Both the position numbers and the translations under genes were made by a program. Source: an uncultured Cyanobium sp. (GTDB taxonomy: Bacteria > Cyanobacteriota > Cyanobacteriia > PCC-6307 > Cyanobiaceae). Taken from it: a stretch of 57,144 nt of DNA. Shown here piece after piece: positions 41,221-53,116 of the stretch. Below the pieces are notes generated by a model. That model was given only the letters and a program-made list of their open reading frames with translations, ran no database searches and had not been told where the DNA came from. Position 1 is the stretch's first letter, and the number at the start of each line of letters is the position of its first letter. The DNA is taken from NCBI GenBank assembly GCA_964455575.1, contig CAYVWU010000001.1:1-57144 (forward strand). Direction: 5' to 3'.

Positions 41221-41733
41221 ATGGTTGTTGAAACGTTGGATCATCCCGACGCGGACCGCCTGCGGGCGCTGGAACGAGACAGCCAGCGGGATGGAAGCGG
41301 GCTGCAACAGGAAGACCTGATCGGCGATTGGCGACTGAACCAGGTCTGGGGCAAGGAGCAAACCGACCCCTCCCGCGCCACAGGTGCCACCTTGCGCGCC
41401 CTCTCCGCCAGCCTGGCGCTTCTTCCCGCGCAAGACGGGACCCTGCGGATTGAGAATTCCCTGGCGTTGGCCGGGCTCAAACTGGTGTTCATCGGATCCG
41501 CCCACCTGAGGGGACGCCGCCCCCTGCTGGTGTTCACCTTTGACACCCTGCGGGTCACCCTGGCAGGACGGACCCTCTGGAGCCTGGCGCTTCCCCCCGC
41601 GGCCAAAGGCCGCGAGCCTTTCTTCGCCCTGATCGCCAGCCGCTCCACAACGGCGGGGACTCGCTGGCTGGCGGCCAGAGGGCGTGGAGGTGGATTGGCC
41701 CTTTGGCTCCAAGCCCCAGCCGGATCGTCTTAG
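41221..41733 (+). CDS. Hypothetical protein (beta-barrel/fibrillin-like)
   Basis: LIGDWRL..VW, PFFALI and WLAARGRGGGLALW segments. Confidence 0.7.
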   Translation: MVVETLDHPDADRLRALERDSQRDGSGLQQEDLIGDWRLNQVWGKEQTDPSRATGATLRALSASLALLPAQDGTLRIENSLALAGLKLVFIGSAHLRGRRPLLVFTFDTLRVTLAGRTLWSLALPPAAKGREPFFALIASRSTTAGTRWLAARGRGGGLALWLQAPAGSS

Positions 41734-41745
41734 GAGCCCGAAACC

Positions 41746-42810
41746 ATGGCCAGACGTGTGGCACTCAGCCCAGCGAGGGTCTGCAACCTGGCGCCGCAGA
41801 TGCGCAATCTCTGGAACCTGCCATTGCAGCGGTTGCAAATCTACTGCGAAGCCTATGAACGTCCAGGCGATTATTACAAGGTATCCCCCCAGGCCAGCTG
41901 TAACGGGGCTGACTGGATTGGCTTGGAGCGCTACCTGACTGTTATTGAAGAGACCATTCCCTTTCGCCTGCTCAACCCCAGGGAGGTGGGTTATTTACTA
42001 TGGAATCATCTGCATGGACCGATCGAAGAGATCCCGGAGTCGGCCTGCGTCCTGATTGACTTCCTCAATCGCAAACCAAACTTTTTTCATTGGTTCCTGG
42101 ATGCCCTTCCAAGAGTCTTTGCCGCCGAACACCATGAACAGCGATCTGGAATACCCTGCTTCATTGTTGTGCCAGCATCACTTCAGCCCTGGCAAAAGGA
42201 CTCCCTACGATTCTTGAATATCCCTCAGGATCGCATCCTCCAGGTTGGCGGCGGTTCATCATCGCGCGGCTACAGCTTCAATCAGCTGATCTCCACGTTC
42301 TCTCATCGCCACATCCGACACAGTCCTTCCGGTCATTTTGACGCGTTTTCGCCCGCAGCCATTCAAATCCTCGCCAAACGCCTCTCTCAGGGAGCCGGAT
42401 CTGCGCCGGTTGCGCACACACACCCGAAACGCATCTACGTATCAAGAGGAAATGTTCAACAGCGGCGCGTCAGGAATGAAGAGGAGGTGATGAGCATTCT
42501 CTCACCCCATGGCTTTGTTCTTGTGGCTCTGGAGAATCTTTCCCTCCGGGATCAGATCCTGCTCTTTCGCAGTGCCTCACACGTGATTGCTCCCCACGGT
42601 GGAGCTCTAACGAATCTTCTGCACGTCTCGCCTGGGTGTCAGGTCTTGGAGATCTTTCAATCCGGGCACGGAAGCCGGCCCGATTTCTTTCAACTGGCGG
42701 CACTCAAGGGAGCCATCTACAGCTTCTGCATGGCCACAAGTCTGAATTCAAGTCACGATATTGAAATTCCCGCCGCAGAGTTGCGCGCGTTCCTCGAAGC
42801 TAGTCTGTAA
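41746..42810 (+). CDS. Glycosyltransferase family 61
   Basis: NFFHWFLDALPR, RIYVSR...RRVRNEEEV, DQILLF, APHGGALTNLL and VLEIF motifs. Confidence 0.88.
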   Translation: MARRVALSPARVCNLAPQMRNLWNLPLQRLQIYCEAYERPGDYYKVSPQASCNGADWIGLERYLTVIEETIPFRLLNPREVGYLLWNHLHGPIEEIPESACVLIDFLNRKPNFFHWFLDALPRVFAAEHHEQRSGIPCFIVVPASLQPWQKDSLRFLNIPQDRILQVGGGSSSRGYSFNQLISTFSHRHIRHSPSGHFDAFSPAAIQILAKRLSQGAGSAPVAHTHPKRIYVSRGNVQQRRVRNEEEVMSILSPHGFVLVALENLSLRDQILLFRSASHVIAPHGGALTNLLHVSPGCQVLEIFQSGHGSRPDFFQLAALKGAIYSFCMATSLNSSHDIEIPAAELRAFLEASL

Positions 42811-42826
42811 CTCTCCCGCGTCGGGT

Positions 42827-44068
42827 TTGCCGGACAACCTGCCCAGCACGAACCGTTCGACCGTCACTCAGCCGTCGGCCCCCTCGGCGGCGACGCTCGC
42901 CATCATCGGGGCCGGTGTATCCGCCTGCACCTTGGCCGCCCAACTCCGTCGAAACGGTCTGTCCGGGGACGCCATCAGCCTGTGGGAAGCGGGACGAGGT
43001 CCTGGTGGCCGGGCCACCACGCGGCGGTCACGTCAGGATCCGACCCTGGCGATCGACCACGGTGCCAGTCTGTTCAACCTTTCCAGCCAGCCTTGGCCGG
43101 AGGTGCTTCCTCCTCTGTTGGAGCAGGGCTGGGTGGAGCCCTGGACGGAACCGATGGCCATCCTCAACAGCGCCGGCGAGCTGCGGGCCCCCCAGGATGG
43201 CGATCGACTGCTGAGCGGTCCCTGCTTCCGCGGTCGCGGAGGAATGGAAAACCTTTCGCAGGGGCTGCTCTCCCTGGCCGGCGGAATTGACACCCATTTC
43301 GACACGCTGGTGCGGGACCTTGATCGCCACCTGGACCGCTGGTTGCTCAAGAATGCCGACGGAGAGATTGTTTGCGAAAGCGAGGGACTTGTTCTCTCCG
43401 GCACCCTGCTGGCCCACCCCCGCAGCCGACTCACCTTTGGCTGGCCCGCGCCACCCTTGCGGATCCTGGCGGAACGGCTGCAGGACCCCGGCCTCAACCA
43501 CGCCCTGGCGGCCATCGCCGCCTTGCGGTTCGAGGCTCGCAGCACACTCCTGCTGCGGGTTCGAGCCGACGAAGCTCCCCGATGGGAAGCCCTGCCCTTC
43601 CGACTCCTGGCCTTTGACCCGTCTGCCCAGCAGCGGTGGGGACTCTGGCGCCTGTTCAGCCAACCCTTGCCCCGGGGGGAGTGGGCCGTGGTCGTGCACT
43701 CCAGCGCCACTTTTGCGGCTGAGCATCTCAGCGTCTACGGAGCCCGTTCCGCGATGGCCCGTCAGCTGGGCCCTCCCCCTCGCGCCGAGGAGGAACAGCA
43801 GGTGATGCAGGCCCTGGCCGGCAGTCTGGATGAGGTGATGGCGCCCTGGTTGCCTCCGCACCCCTCGGAACGGGGGGAATGGCAACTCATGCGTTGGGGC
43901 GCGGCGTTTCCCTTGCCCCAAGGCCTCCCGCAGGCCCTCTCCTGGAACGGGTCGCTGAAGCTGGGATTCTGCGGCGATTTCCTGGCCGGACCGGGATTCG
44001 GCGGGGTGGAAGGAGCGCTGCGGAGCGCCGAAGCCCTCGCGACGCGCATCCTCGGTTCCGCCGAATGA
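42827..44068 (+). CDS. NAD/FAD-dependent oxidoreductase (renalase-like)
   Basis: IIGAGVS, GRGPGGRATTRR, IDHGA, MRWGAAFP and CGDF..G..VEGALRS motifs; start (TTG) uncertain. Confidence 0.85.
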   Translation: MPDNLPSTNRSTVTQPSAPSAATLAIIGAGVSACTLAAQLRRNGLSGDAISLWEAGRGPGGRATTRRSRQDPTLAIDHGASLFNLSSQPWPEVLPPLLEQGWVEPWTEPMAILNSAGELRAPQDGDRLLSGPCFRGRGGMENLSQGLLSLAGGIDTHFDTLVRDLDRHLDRWLLKNADGEIVCESEGLVLSGTLLAHPRSRLTFGWPAPPLRILAERLQDPGLNHALAAIAALRFEARSTLLLRVRADEAPRWEALPFRLLAFDPSAQQRWGLWRLFSQPLPRGEWAVVVHSSATFAAEHLSVYGARSAMARQLGPPPRAEEEQQVMQALAGSLDEVMAPWLPPHPSERGEWQLMRWGAAFPLPQGLPQALSWNGSLKLGFCGDFLAGPGFGGVEGALRSAEALATRILGSAE

Positions 44069-44078
44069 CGCGACCGGT

Positions 44079-47000
44079 TCACACCACCAACACCTCCGCA
44101 GCGCGCGGTGGGCTGGCGTCCGCCCCATCCGACGATCCGCCAGGAGACTCGGGATTGGGCAGCTGGGCGGCCATCCTCTCCAGCCAGTCCTTGAGATCCT
44201 CCAGCTGCTTGTCGGTGGGCAGGGCCCCGAGACCGCGGGCCAGCACCTTGGCCGTGGCGCCAGCGCCGGCCTGATAGACCAGCCGCCCGTGCAGATGGGG
44301 AGGCAGGCCCTGGCGAAGACGCCGAAAGGCGGGTTCTTCCATCGGTGTTTCCAGCACGATGTTGGGTTTCTCCGGTCGGATGCGGGAGAAGCCGCAACGC
44401 TTGGCCAGCAATTTCAGTTCCAACAACCGCAGCAGGCTCTGGACCGGGGCAGGAATGGGTCCATAGCGATCGGCCCATCCCGCCGCCAGTTCCAACAGCG
44501 CCGCTTTGCACTGGCATTGGGCCGCGGCGCGATACGCCGCCATTTTCTCTTCATTTTCGCTGATCCATTCAGCAGGGATGAAAGCTGTCACCTGCAGATC
44601 GATCTGGGTGTCATCAACGGAGGGAATCTCCTGGCCCTGGATTTCAGCAAGGCATTCCTGAAGCATCTCCATATAAAGATGAAAGCCGATGCTTTCCAGC
44701 TGACCGCTCTGCTCCACACCCAGCAGATTGCCCACGCCACGAATTTCCATGTCGCGCATGGCCAACTGGTAGCCCGAACCCAGTTGGGCAAATTCCTGGA
44801 TCGCGCGAAGCCGCTGGCGCGCCGCCTCACTCAGAGTCGCCTCTCCCGGATAGAACAGCCAGGCATGGGCCTGGATGCCACTGCGCCCGACACGACCGCG
44901 AAGTTGATAGAGCTGGGCCAGGCCAAATTTCTGCGCGTCCTCAACCAGAATCGTGTTCACACGCGGAATATCAAGCCCGCTCTCAATGATGGTGGTGCAG
45001 AGCATGACATCCGCCTCACCGCTGTTGAAGGCCACCATCGCGCTCTCCAGTTCCCCTTCGGGCATCTGTCCATGGGCCACCAACAAGCGCACGCCAGGAA
45101 GCATGGTGCGCAACCGTTCGGCCACCTCGTCGATGCCCTCCACCCGGGGCACCACGTAGAAGACCTGACCCCCCCGATCCAGTTCCTGGCGCATGGCGCT
45201 GCGCACAGCCTCATCATCCAGAGCGGCCAGGTGGGTGCGGATGGGGCGTCGCAATGGCGGTGGGGTGGTGATCAGGCTCATCTCCCGCACCCCCGACAAG
45301 CTCATGTACAGCGTGCGGGGAATGGGCGTGGCGCTGAGCGTGAGCACGTCCACGTCCTTGCGCAAAGACTTGATCTTTTCTTTCTGCTGCACACCAAAGC
45401 GCTGCTCCTCATCGACCACGAGCAAACCGAGATTCTTGAACACGGTCTTCTTGCCCAGCAGCTGATGCGTGCCGACAACAACATCGACCTGCCCCGATTC
45501 CAATCCATCCAGGATCGTGCGACGTTCGTTCGCCGTGCGAAAACGATTGAGCAGCATCACTTTTAAAGGATAGGGTGCATAACGCTCGCTGAGGGTGCGC
45601 CAATGCTGCTGAGCCAGAACTGTCGTCGGAGCCAGCATTGCCACTTGTTTTCCGGCGGTGACCGCCTTGAAGATGGCGCGGATGGCCACTTCCGTTTTGC
45701 CAAAGCCCACATCACCGCACACCAGCCTGTCCATGGGCTGAGGTCTCTCCATATCCCGCTTCACATCGGCGATGGCCTTGATTTGATCCGGGGTTGGATC
45801 ATAGGGGAAAGAGTCCTCTAACTCTTGTTGCCAAGGGCCATCTGGGGGGAAGGCAAAACCACCGATCTGATGGCGCTCCGCATAAAGCTTCAACAGATCA
45901 GTCGCAATCTTTTGGATCGACTTTGCCGCTCGTTCCTTGGTGCGCAACCAGGCGGTTCCGCCCATGCGATTCAGTTCTGGCGCGCCGTCTCCTGTCGCGC
46001 GATAGCGCCCGAGACTGCCCAACTGATCGGCAGCGACACGGAGCAGGCCGTCGGCATATTGCACCACCAGATAGTCGCGGGCTTCCCCTCCCAGCACCAG
46101 CTTTTCCAGCTTGAGAAAACGGCCGATGCCATGGTTGCGGTGCACGACGTAATCCCCGGGCACCATGCGGTTGGGATCCACCGTGCGACTGGCGGCCCGG
46201 CGCCGGCGGCGCACAAACCCCGTCGCCGCCAGGCTGTGCTGGCCAAAGCATTCCCGATCTGTGACGAGGACGAGCTTCCAAGCGGGCAGCTGCACCCCTT
46301 CCAATTCCGCCGTGCCCCGGCTCTTGAGCGCCACAGGGGTCCGCTGCGCCACCAACCGGTCGATGGCGGGCAGATCACCGGGGTTGGGAACAAAGCGAGC
46401 GACGCAATCGTGCTCCTCCAACAAGGCCACAGCCCGGGAGGGTTGGGCGGACAGCAACCACACCTGCTGCTGGTCGCGCAGGTAGGACCGCACCTGCTCC
46501 GCCAGGCGTCCGAAGGCATTCGGGTGCGCGGGAACCGGGCGTGATGCCAGGTCGAAACTGTTGGTGGCGCTGTCCCGTTCGAGGAGCTCCGCCAGATCAA
46601 AGCCAGCAAACGCCTCCAGGTCTGCCAAGGCCGCGTCGGGAGGACGATGCAGCAGGCCAGGCAGCGTGGCGGCGGCGTCAGCCGCGCTGTTTCCAGCCAG
46701 CTCCTGGACAACCTCCTGATACTGATCATTGGCGTGATCAAACCATTGCTGGCCGTGGGCCAGGCAATGGCGGCGCTCATCCACCGCGATCCAGGTCTCC
46801 GCAGGGAGGTAGTCCAACAGGCTGGCGGGCTTGGGGAAGGCCAGTCCGAGCAGGCGGCGCAGCCCCTCCGGCGTGCCGCCGTCCAACAGGGTCGCGCAGC
46901 CGCTGGGTCCCAGGAGGGCCTCCAGCCCAGGAGGCAGGGCTTCCCGCAAGGCATCCGCCACGAGAGGACCAAAACTGGTGGGCGTGAGCAGCATCTGCTC

Positions 47001-47651
47001 AACCCCATCGAGGGAGCGTTGGGTCGCGGGATCGAATTCCCGCAGCTTCTCCAGCTCCTCCCCGAAGAATTCGAGGCGCACCGGCAGCTCCGCGCTCACC
47101 GGATACACATCGAGAAGATCACCCCGCCGGCTCCAGGTTCCCTCCTGCTCGATGGTGGACACCCGCTCGTAGCCGAGTTGGGCGAGGGTGTGCCCCAACG
47201 CGTCCAGAGAGATCCGATCCCCGCGCCGGAGGGTGTGGCAGTGCTGGGAAAAGACCTCCTTCGGGGGCAGATGGGGCTGGAGGGCCCGCTCTGTGGCGAC
47301 GATGGCCTTGGGGGCGGGTTGCAGCAACTCGCTGAGGACCTGAAGCTGACCCCAGGTGATCTCACTCGTGGGGTCCATGGGCTCGTAAGGCGACCCTTCA
47401 CTGGTGGGATAGAGCAGACAGCTCCAACCCATCAGTTCCAGCAGGGCGGCCCAACGTCCAGCCTCCTCCAGGGTGGGCACGACCACGAGCAAAGGAGCTT
47501 CCGCCAGCTGAGCCAGCGCACTGGTCACCAAGGCGCGGGACACCCGGCCGCCGCCCCTCAACAAGAGGCGCTGCTCCCGTTGCGCCCGCGTCAGCACCTC
47601 CGCCGTGAGCGGCGCCTGGCGCAACTGCCGGACCAGGGCGGAAAGGGGCAT
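44079..47651 (-). CDS. mfd: Transcription-repair coupling factor
   Basis: CarD-like [43 protein letters not shown] and TRCF C-domain. Confidence 0.98.
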   Translation of the reverse strand: MPLSALVRQLRQAPLTAEVLTRAQREQRLLLRGGGRVSRALVTSALAQLAEAPLLVVVPTLEEAGRWAALLELMGWSCLLYPTSEGSPYEPMDPTSEITWGQLQVLSELLQPAPKAIVATERALQPHLPPKEVFSQHCHTLRRGDRISLDALGHTLAQLGYERVSTIEQEGTWSRRGDLLDVYPVSAELPVRLEFFGEELEKLREFDPATQRSLDGVEQMLLTPTSFGPLVADALREALPPGLEALLGPSGCATLLDGGTPEGLRRLLGLAFPKPASLLDYLPAETWIAVDERRHCLAHGQQWFDHANDQYQEVVQELAGNSAADAAATLPGLLHRPPDAALADLEAFAGFDLAELLERDSATNSFDLASRPVPAHPNAFGRLAEQVRSYLRDQQQVWLLSAQPSRAVALLEEHDCVARFVPNPGDLPAIDRLVAQRTPVALKSRGTAELEGVQLPAWKLVLVTDRECFGQHSLAATGFVRRRRRAASRTVDPNRMVPGDYVVHRNHGIGRFLKLEKLVLGGEARDYLVVQYADGLLRVAADQLGSLGRYRATGDGAPELNRMGGTAWLRTKERAAKSIQKIATDLLKLYAERHQIGGFAFPPDGPWQQELEDSFPYDPTPDQIKAIADVKRDMERPQPMDRLVCGDVGFGKTEVAIRAIFKAVTAGKQVAMLAPTTVLAQQHWRTLSERYAPYPLKVMLLNRFRTANERRTILDGLESGQVDVVVGTHQLLGKKTVFKNLGLLVVDEEQRFGVQQKEKIKSLRKDVDVLTLSATPIPRTLYMSLSGVREMSLITTPPPLRRPIRTHLAALDDEAVRSAMRQELDRGGQVFYVVPRVEGIDEVAERLRTMLPGVRLLVAHGQMPEGELESAMVAFNSGEADVMLCTTIIESGLDIPRVNTILVEDAQKFGLAQLYQLRGRVGRSGIQAHAWLFYPGEATLSEAARQRLRAIQEFAQLGSGYQLAMRDMEIRGVGNLLGVEQSGQLESIGFHLYMEMLQECLAEIQGQEIPSVDDTQIDLQVTAFIPAEWISENEEKMAAYRAAAQCQCKAALLELAAGWADRYGPIPAPVQSLLRLLELKLLAKRCGFSRIRPEKPNIVLETPMEEPAFRRLRQGLPPHLHGRLVYQAGAGATAKVLARGLGALPTDKQLEDLKDWLERMAAQLPNPESPGGSSDGADASPPRAAEVLVV

Positions 47652-47823
47652 GACGTCGGAGAGAAAGGGGTTGATCCTCGCAAGTCGCAGCCCTTGGGCG
47701 TGAGCAGGGTCTTGGCGGGAGGGGAAACGGCTTCGGCCTTGGGGACACTCCAGAGACCAGCAAGTGGCGAGGATTAGACCAGCTCAGGTGCTGCTAAGTT
47801 AAGAGAAATGTTTTAGAGGTCGG

Positions 47824-48717
47824 ATGCGTTTGTACCAATGTCCGGCTTGTGACTGCCTGCCGGTTCGTTACAAGCATCGACCCACCTCCACGCCCAAGTG
47901 CGTCCGCTGTGGTCGCACACTCGTCAAAGTCTCCCGAATACCCAAATCATTTCGCTGGGGTTTGGCCATTGCGTCAGCAGGTGTAACCGCCCTTTTTGCC
48001 CCCCACCTGGTGGAGCATTTTCAGTCGAAGTTTGTCAAATCCCCCTCGCCCTCAGGCTTGTCTGGAAGCGTTGCCCCTCTTCCCGCCATCGACCGCATGA
48101 CGGACAGCCTGGACCGTGTTGATCTTTTTACAAAATTGGAAGAAGCCGACTCCCAATGGCAACCGCAAGAGGAACTGTTGCCCGATGGCTCGATTCGCTA
48201 TCTTTACAAAAAGCGTGCCGGCGAGTCAGACCTTAGCCTGTCGGAACTGCGTTCCCTGATTAAAGATCCTCCAACGTTCGATAGCGAAAGGAAGGCGATC
48301 AATTCTCTTCTTGAAACGCTTCGTAATGCTGGTGTAAGGGTGATATTGATGCCAACTCTCAAAAAGGGAGCTGCCGCGGAATGGGATCACCAGCAGGGAA
48401 CAATGCGCATTCAACCCCACGTTATGGACAAGGGTTCAAAGGATTTTCTGCGCGTGCTGAATCATGAAGCCATTCATGTCGCCCAAAGCTGTCGAGGTGG
48501 ATCCCTCTATGCCAAACCCAAAGCGCTCGGCATTCCAGTTTCCTTTGACCCAACCACCCAGGCGACGCTGTCAGCCGCAATGTATTTCAATATCAGCAAG
48601 GAAGAAAGAGCTCTTGAGGAGGAAGCTTATGGCTTGCAAAATGACATCTATCGAGCCCATCAGCTGGTGAGCAAGGAATGCAGGGTGACAAACACAGCCT
48701 TGCTCACGCCGAGTTGA
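47824..48717 (+). CDS. Zn-ribbon/TM/HEXXH putative metallopeptidase
   Basis: CPAC...CVRC, hydrophobic helix, LNHEAIHVAQSC and downstream EEEAY. Confidence 0.75.
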   Translation: MRLYQCPACDCLPVRYKHRPTSTPKCVRCGRTLVKVSRIPKSFRWGLAIASAGVTALFAPHLVEHFQSKFVKSPSPSGLSGSVAPLPAIDRMTDSLDRVDLFTKLEEADSQWQPQEELLPDGSIRYLYKKRAGESDLSLSELRSLIKDPPTFDSERKAINSLLETLRNAGVRVILMPTLKKGAAAEWDHQQGTMRIQPHVMDKGSKDFLRVLNHEAIHVAQSCRGGSLYAKPKALGIPVSFDPTTQATLSAAMYFNISKEERALEEEAYGLQNDIYRAHQLVSKECRVTNTALLTPS

Positions 48718-48723
48718 TTAATT

Positions 48724-50588
<1,865 letters not shown>

Positions 50589-50685
50589 GGAGGTCGGAAC
50601 CAGCGCGGAGGAGGTGCTTTTCTAGGATGGTTCAGGTCTGCTCCACCGGCGAGCGATCGCTCTGCCCGTTGGGGAACCACCGACC

Positions 50686-51480
50686 ATGGAAGCGGAAACT
50701 GTTCCCTCCCTCTCACCCCTGATCGTCGGGGCCGACCAATGGCATGAGTTTCTCCTGCTCCTGCCGCTGCTTGTGGCTCTGGAAGCCATCCTCTCCGCCG
50801 ACAATGCCATCGCCCTGGCCGCGATTTCACGCGGTTTGCACAACCCGGCCAAACAAAAGCAAGCGCTCAACTTCGGCCTTTTTCTCGCCTTGGTTCTGCG
50901 GCTTCTTCTGATTGCCGCCGCCCGCTGGGTGCTGGATTTCTGGCCTCTGCAACTGGCGGCTTCTCTCTATCTCTTGTGGCTCAGTGGCAAGCAACTGCTG
51001 ACGGTTTGGACCGCCGCCAACGCCGCCAGCGCCTCTGCATCATCAGACTCGCCAGGTGGTGACGCGGCCGTGGAGCCGGCAAGCGCCCTGCCGGCAACGC
51101 CATCGCTGCGTCAGGTGGTCCTCACCCTGGCCCTCACAGATCTGGCCTTCTCCCTCGACAGCATCGCCGCCGCCGTGGCGGTCACCGATCGCCTGTTGAT
51201 CGTCATGGCCGGGGGGGTGATCGGCGTGATGACCCTGCGCCTGACGGCGGGACTCTTCAGCCGCTGGTTGGAGATCTACCCCAATCTGGAAACGGCTGGT
51301 TACGTGGCCGTGGGCCTGGTGGGCTTGCGGCTCCTCGTGCGGCTGGGCATCCCCCAGTGGGTGCCACCGGAATGGGTGTTGTTGGTGTCGGTGGGGATCC
51401 TGTTGCTCTGGGGGTTTTCCGTGCGACAACCCGCGGCGCTGGTCGAGACGGCGAGCAACGACACGGACCTCCGGAACTAG
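50686..51480 (+). CDS. TerC family membrane protein
   Basis: LEAILSADNA and DLAFSLDSIAAAVA motifs; multiple TMs. Confidence 0.9.
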   Translation: MEAETVPSLSPLIVGADQWHEFLLLLPLLVALEAILSADNAIALAAISRGLHNPAKQKQALNFGLFLALVLRLLLIAAARWVLDFWPLQLAASLYLLWLSGKQLLTVWTAANAASASASSDSPGGDAAVEPASALPATPSLRQVVLTLALTDLAFSLDSIAAAVAVTDRLLIVMAGGVIGVMTLRLTAGLFSRWLEIYPNLETAGYVAVGLVGLRLLVRLGIPQWVPPEWVLLVSVGILLLWGFSVRQPAALVETASNDTDLRN

Positions 51481-51489
51481 GTTCTGCCG

Positions 51490-51900
51490 ATGCATGTGGA
51501 AGTGCGGTTGAGTGGGAGCAAGCAATTGCTGGCTCGACTCAACCTTGATGAGCTGCCGAGCAATCCGCAGCCTGGTTTGTGGATCGAGGTGAATGCGCAG
51601 CCGTTGCTGGTGACCCAGCGCCGTCATCAGTACACCTTGCGGGATGGCCGCTACCAACTCACCACAGTGGCTCTGGAGGTGAAACGTCAGGCGCGTCCAG
51701 CTGATGCCCAGTGGTGGAGAGGCCAATGGGTGATCGGCAATCCAAGCTGCCACTTCAACGCGCTGAGTCCTCTCCTGCGCTGCGCGGTGTTGCCGGAGGG
51801 GCCCTGCGCCACCTGCGCCCATTTTCGCCAGCGGCAACCGGCCCGCCCCCCGCGAGGCGCGGGAGCCGAACCCGAGCGGGGAGACAACGGAAAGGGGTGA
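51490..51900 (+). CDS. DUF6464-like Cys-rich protein
   Basis: RRHQY.LR.GRYQL and WVIGNPSCHFNALSPLLRCAVLPEGPCATC motifs. Confidence 0.8.
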   Translation: MHVEVRLSGSKQLLARLNLDELPSNPQPGLWIEVNAQPLLVTQRRHQYTLRDGRYQLTTVALEVKRQARPADAQWWRGQWVIGNPSCHFNALSPLLRCAVLPEGPCATCAHFRQRQPARPPRGAGAEPERGDNGKG

Positions 51901-52062
51901 GTAGGGATACTCATCCTTCCCGATTTGTCGAATCGGCTACCGGCGCCATGCCACGCCACCGGGTTGGGTGGGATGAGAGAAGGGTCTCCGCGCCATCTCT
52001 GACGTAGCCCTCCACCAGACGTTGCCCTCCACCCATGGAGGGCCTCACCTCCCCTCTCATCC

Positions 52063-52527
52063 ATGACAGTCACCTCCCCACCACAGACCAGGCTCGACCT
52101 CGACCCCGCGGAAGGAGCGCTGGACCCACCGAGCGCCTTTGCGGCCATCGCCCTGGCGGCCGTCACCTGGGATGGCGTCTTGAGCATGGCGGGCTCCCGC
52201 GCCCTGCGCCACGCCCTCGACTATCGCCACCCCTATCGCGATTACGGCGATGCGGGCATGGTGCGGCTGATGGATCAGCTGTTGCGGGACATGCGCAGCA
52301 AGGGCGCCCAGCATCTGATGGTGGAGGCGGCGGAGGTGCTCAGTCCACGGCAGCGGGCCACCGCCTATGCCGTGGCCGCGGAAATCATGCGATCCGACGG
52401 CCCCCTGGAAGAGGATGAGCGCAACATCCTCAACAACCTGGCCGCCACCCTGGGCCTCTCAAACGAGGACACGCGGCAGGTGTTGGCGGTGATGGATGTT
52501 CTGCATGCGGACGTGATGCACGAGTGA
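52063..52527 (+). CDS. TerB family protein
   Basis: AFAAIALAAVTWDG and AYAVAAEIMRSDG...EDERNIL motifs. Confidence 0.8.
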   Translation: MTVTSPPQTRLDLDPAEGALDPPSAFAAIALAAVTWDGVLSMAGSRALRHALDYRHPYRDYGDAGMVRLMDQLLRDMRSKGAQHLMVEAAEVLSPRQRATAYAVAAEIMRSDGPLEEDERNILNNLAATLGLSNEDTRQVLAVMDVLHADVMHE

Positions 52528-52577
52528 GGTCGCCTGCGGGCTTTGCGGCATGATCAGAGTGGAACTCACCGTCCGTC

Positions 52578-53105
52578 ATGACTGCCCCCAACCCACGCGT
52601 TTACTTTGATATCAACATTGATGGGACGCCCTCCGGGCGTCTCGTCTTTGAACTCTTTGCCAATGTGGTGCCGAAAACGGCTGAAAATTTTCGGGCTCTC
52701 TGCACTGGCGAGAAAGGGGTTGGCAAAAGCGGCCGGCCCTTGAGCTACAAGGGATCAGCCTTTCATCGAATCATCCCTGATTTCATGTGCCAGGGAGGAG
52801 ATTTCACCGCTGGAAATGGCACTGGTGGTGAGTCGATCTACGGGACAAAATTCGAGGATGAAAACTTCGATCTCAGCCATGATAAAGGCGGGCTGTTGAG
52901 CATGGCCAACGCCGGCCCCAACACCAACGGCTCCCAGTTCTTCATCACCACCACGGTGACCCCCTGGCTGGATGGGAAGCACGTGGTCTTCGGAGAGCTG
53001 CGGGAAGGTCTTGAGCTGTTGCAGGCGATCGAAGCCCGCGGCAGCCGCTCCGGCCGTCCCAGCGCCGCGGTGGTGATCGAAGACTGCGGCCAGCTCAGCG
53101 TCTGA
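52578..53105 (+). CDS. Cyclophilin-type peptidyl-prolyl cis-trans isomerase
   Basis: [47 protein letters not shown] and [10 protein letters not shown] motifs. Confidence 0.96.
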   Translation: MTAPNPRVYFDINIDGTPSGRLVFELFANVVPKTAENFRALCTGEKGVGKSGRPLSYKGSAFHRIIPDFMCQGGDFTAGNGTGGESIYGTKFEDENFDLSHDKGGLLSMANAGPNTNGSQFFITTTVTPWLDGKHVVFGELREGLELLQAIEARGSRSGRPSAAVVIEDCGQLSV

Positions 53106-53116
53106 TAGCAAGTGCC

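Noticed and set aside
50686-52527. Tellurite-resistance (ter) defence operon
   Set aside because: Only single TerC and TerB family genes with no terADEZ; consistent with ordinary metal-homeostasis genes.
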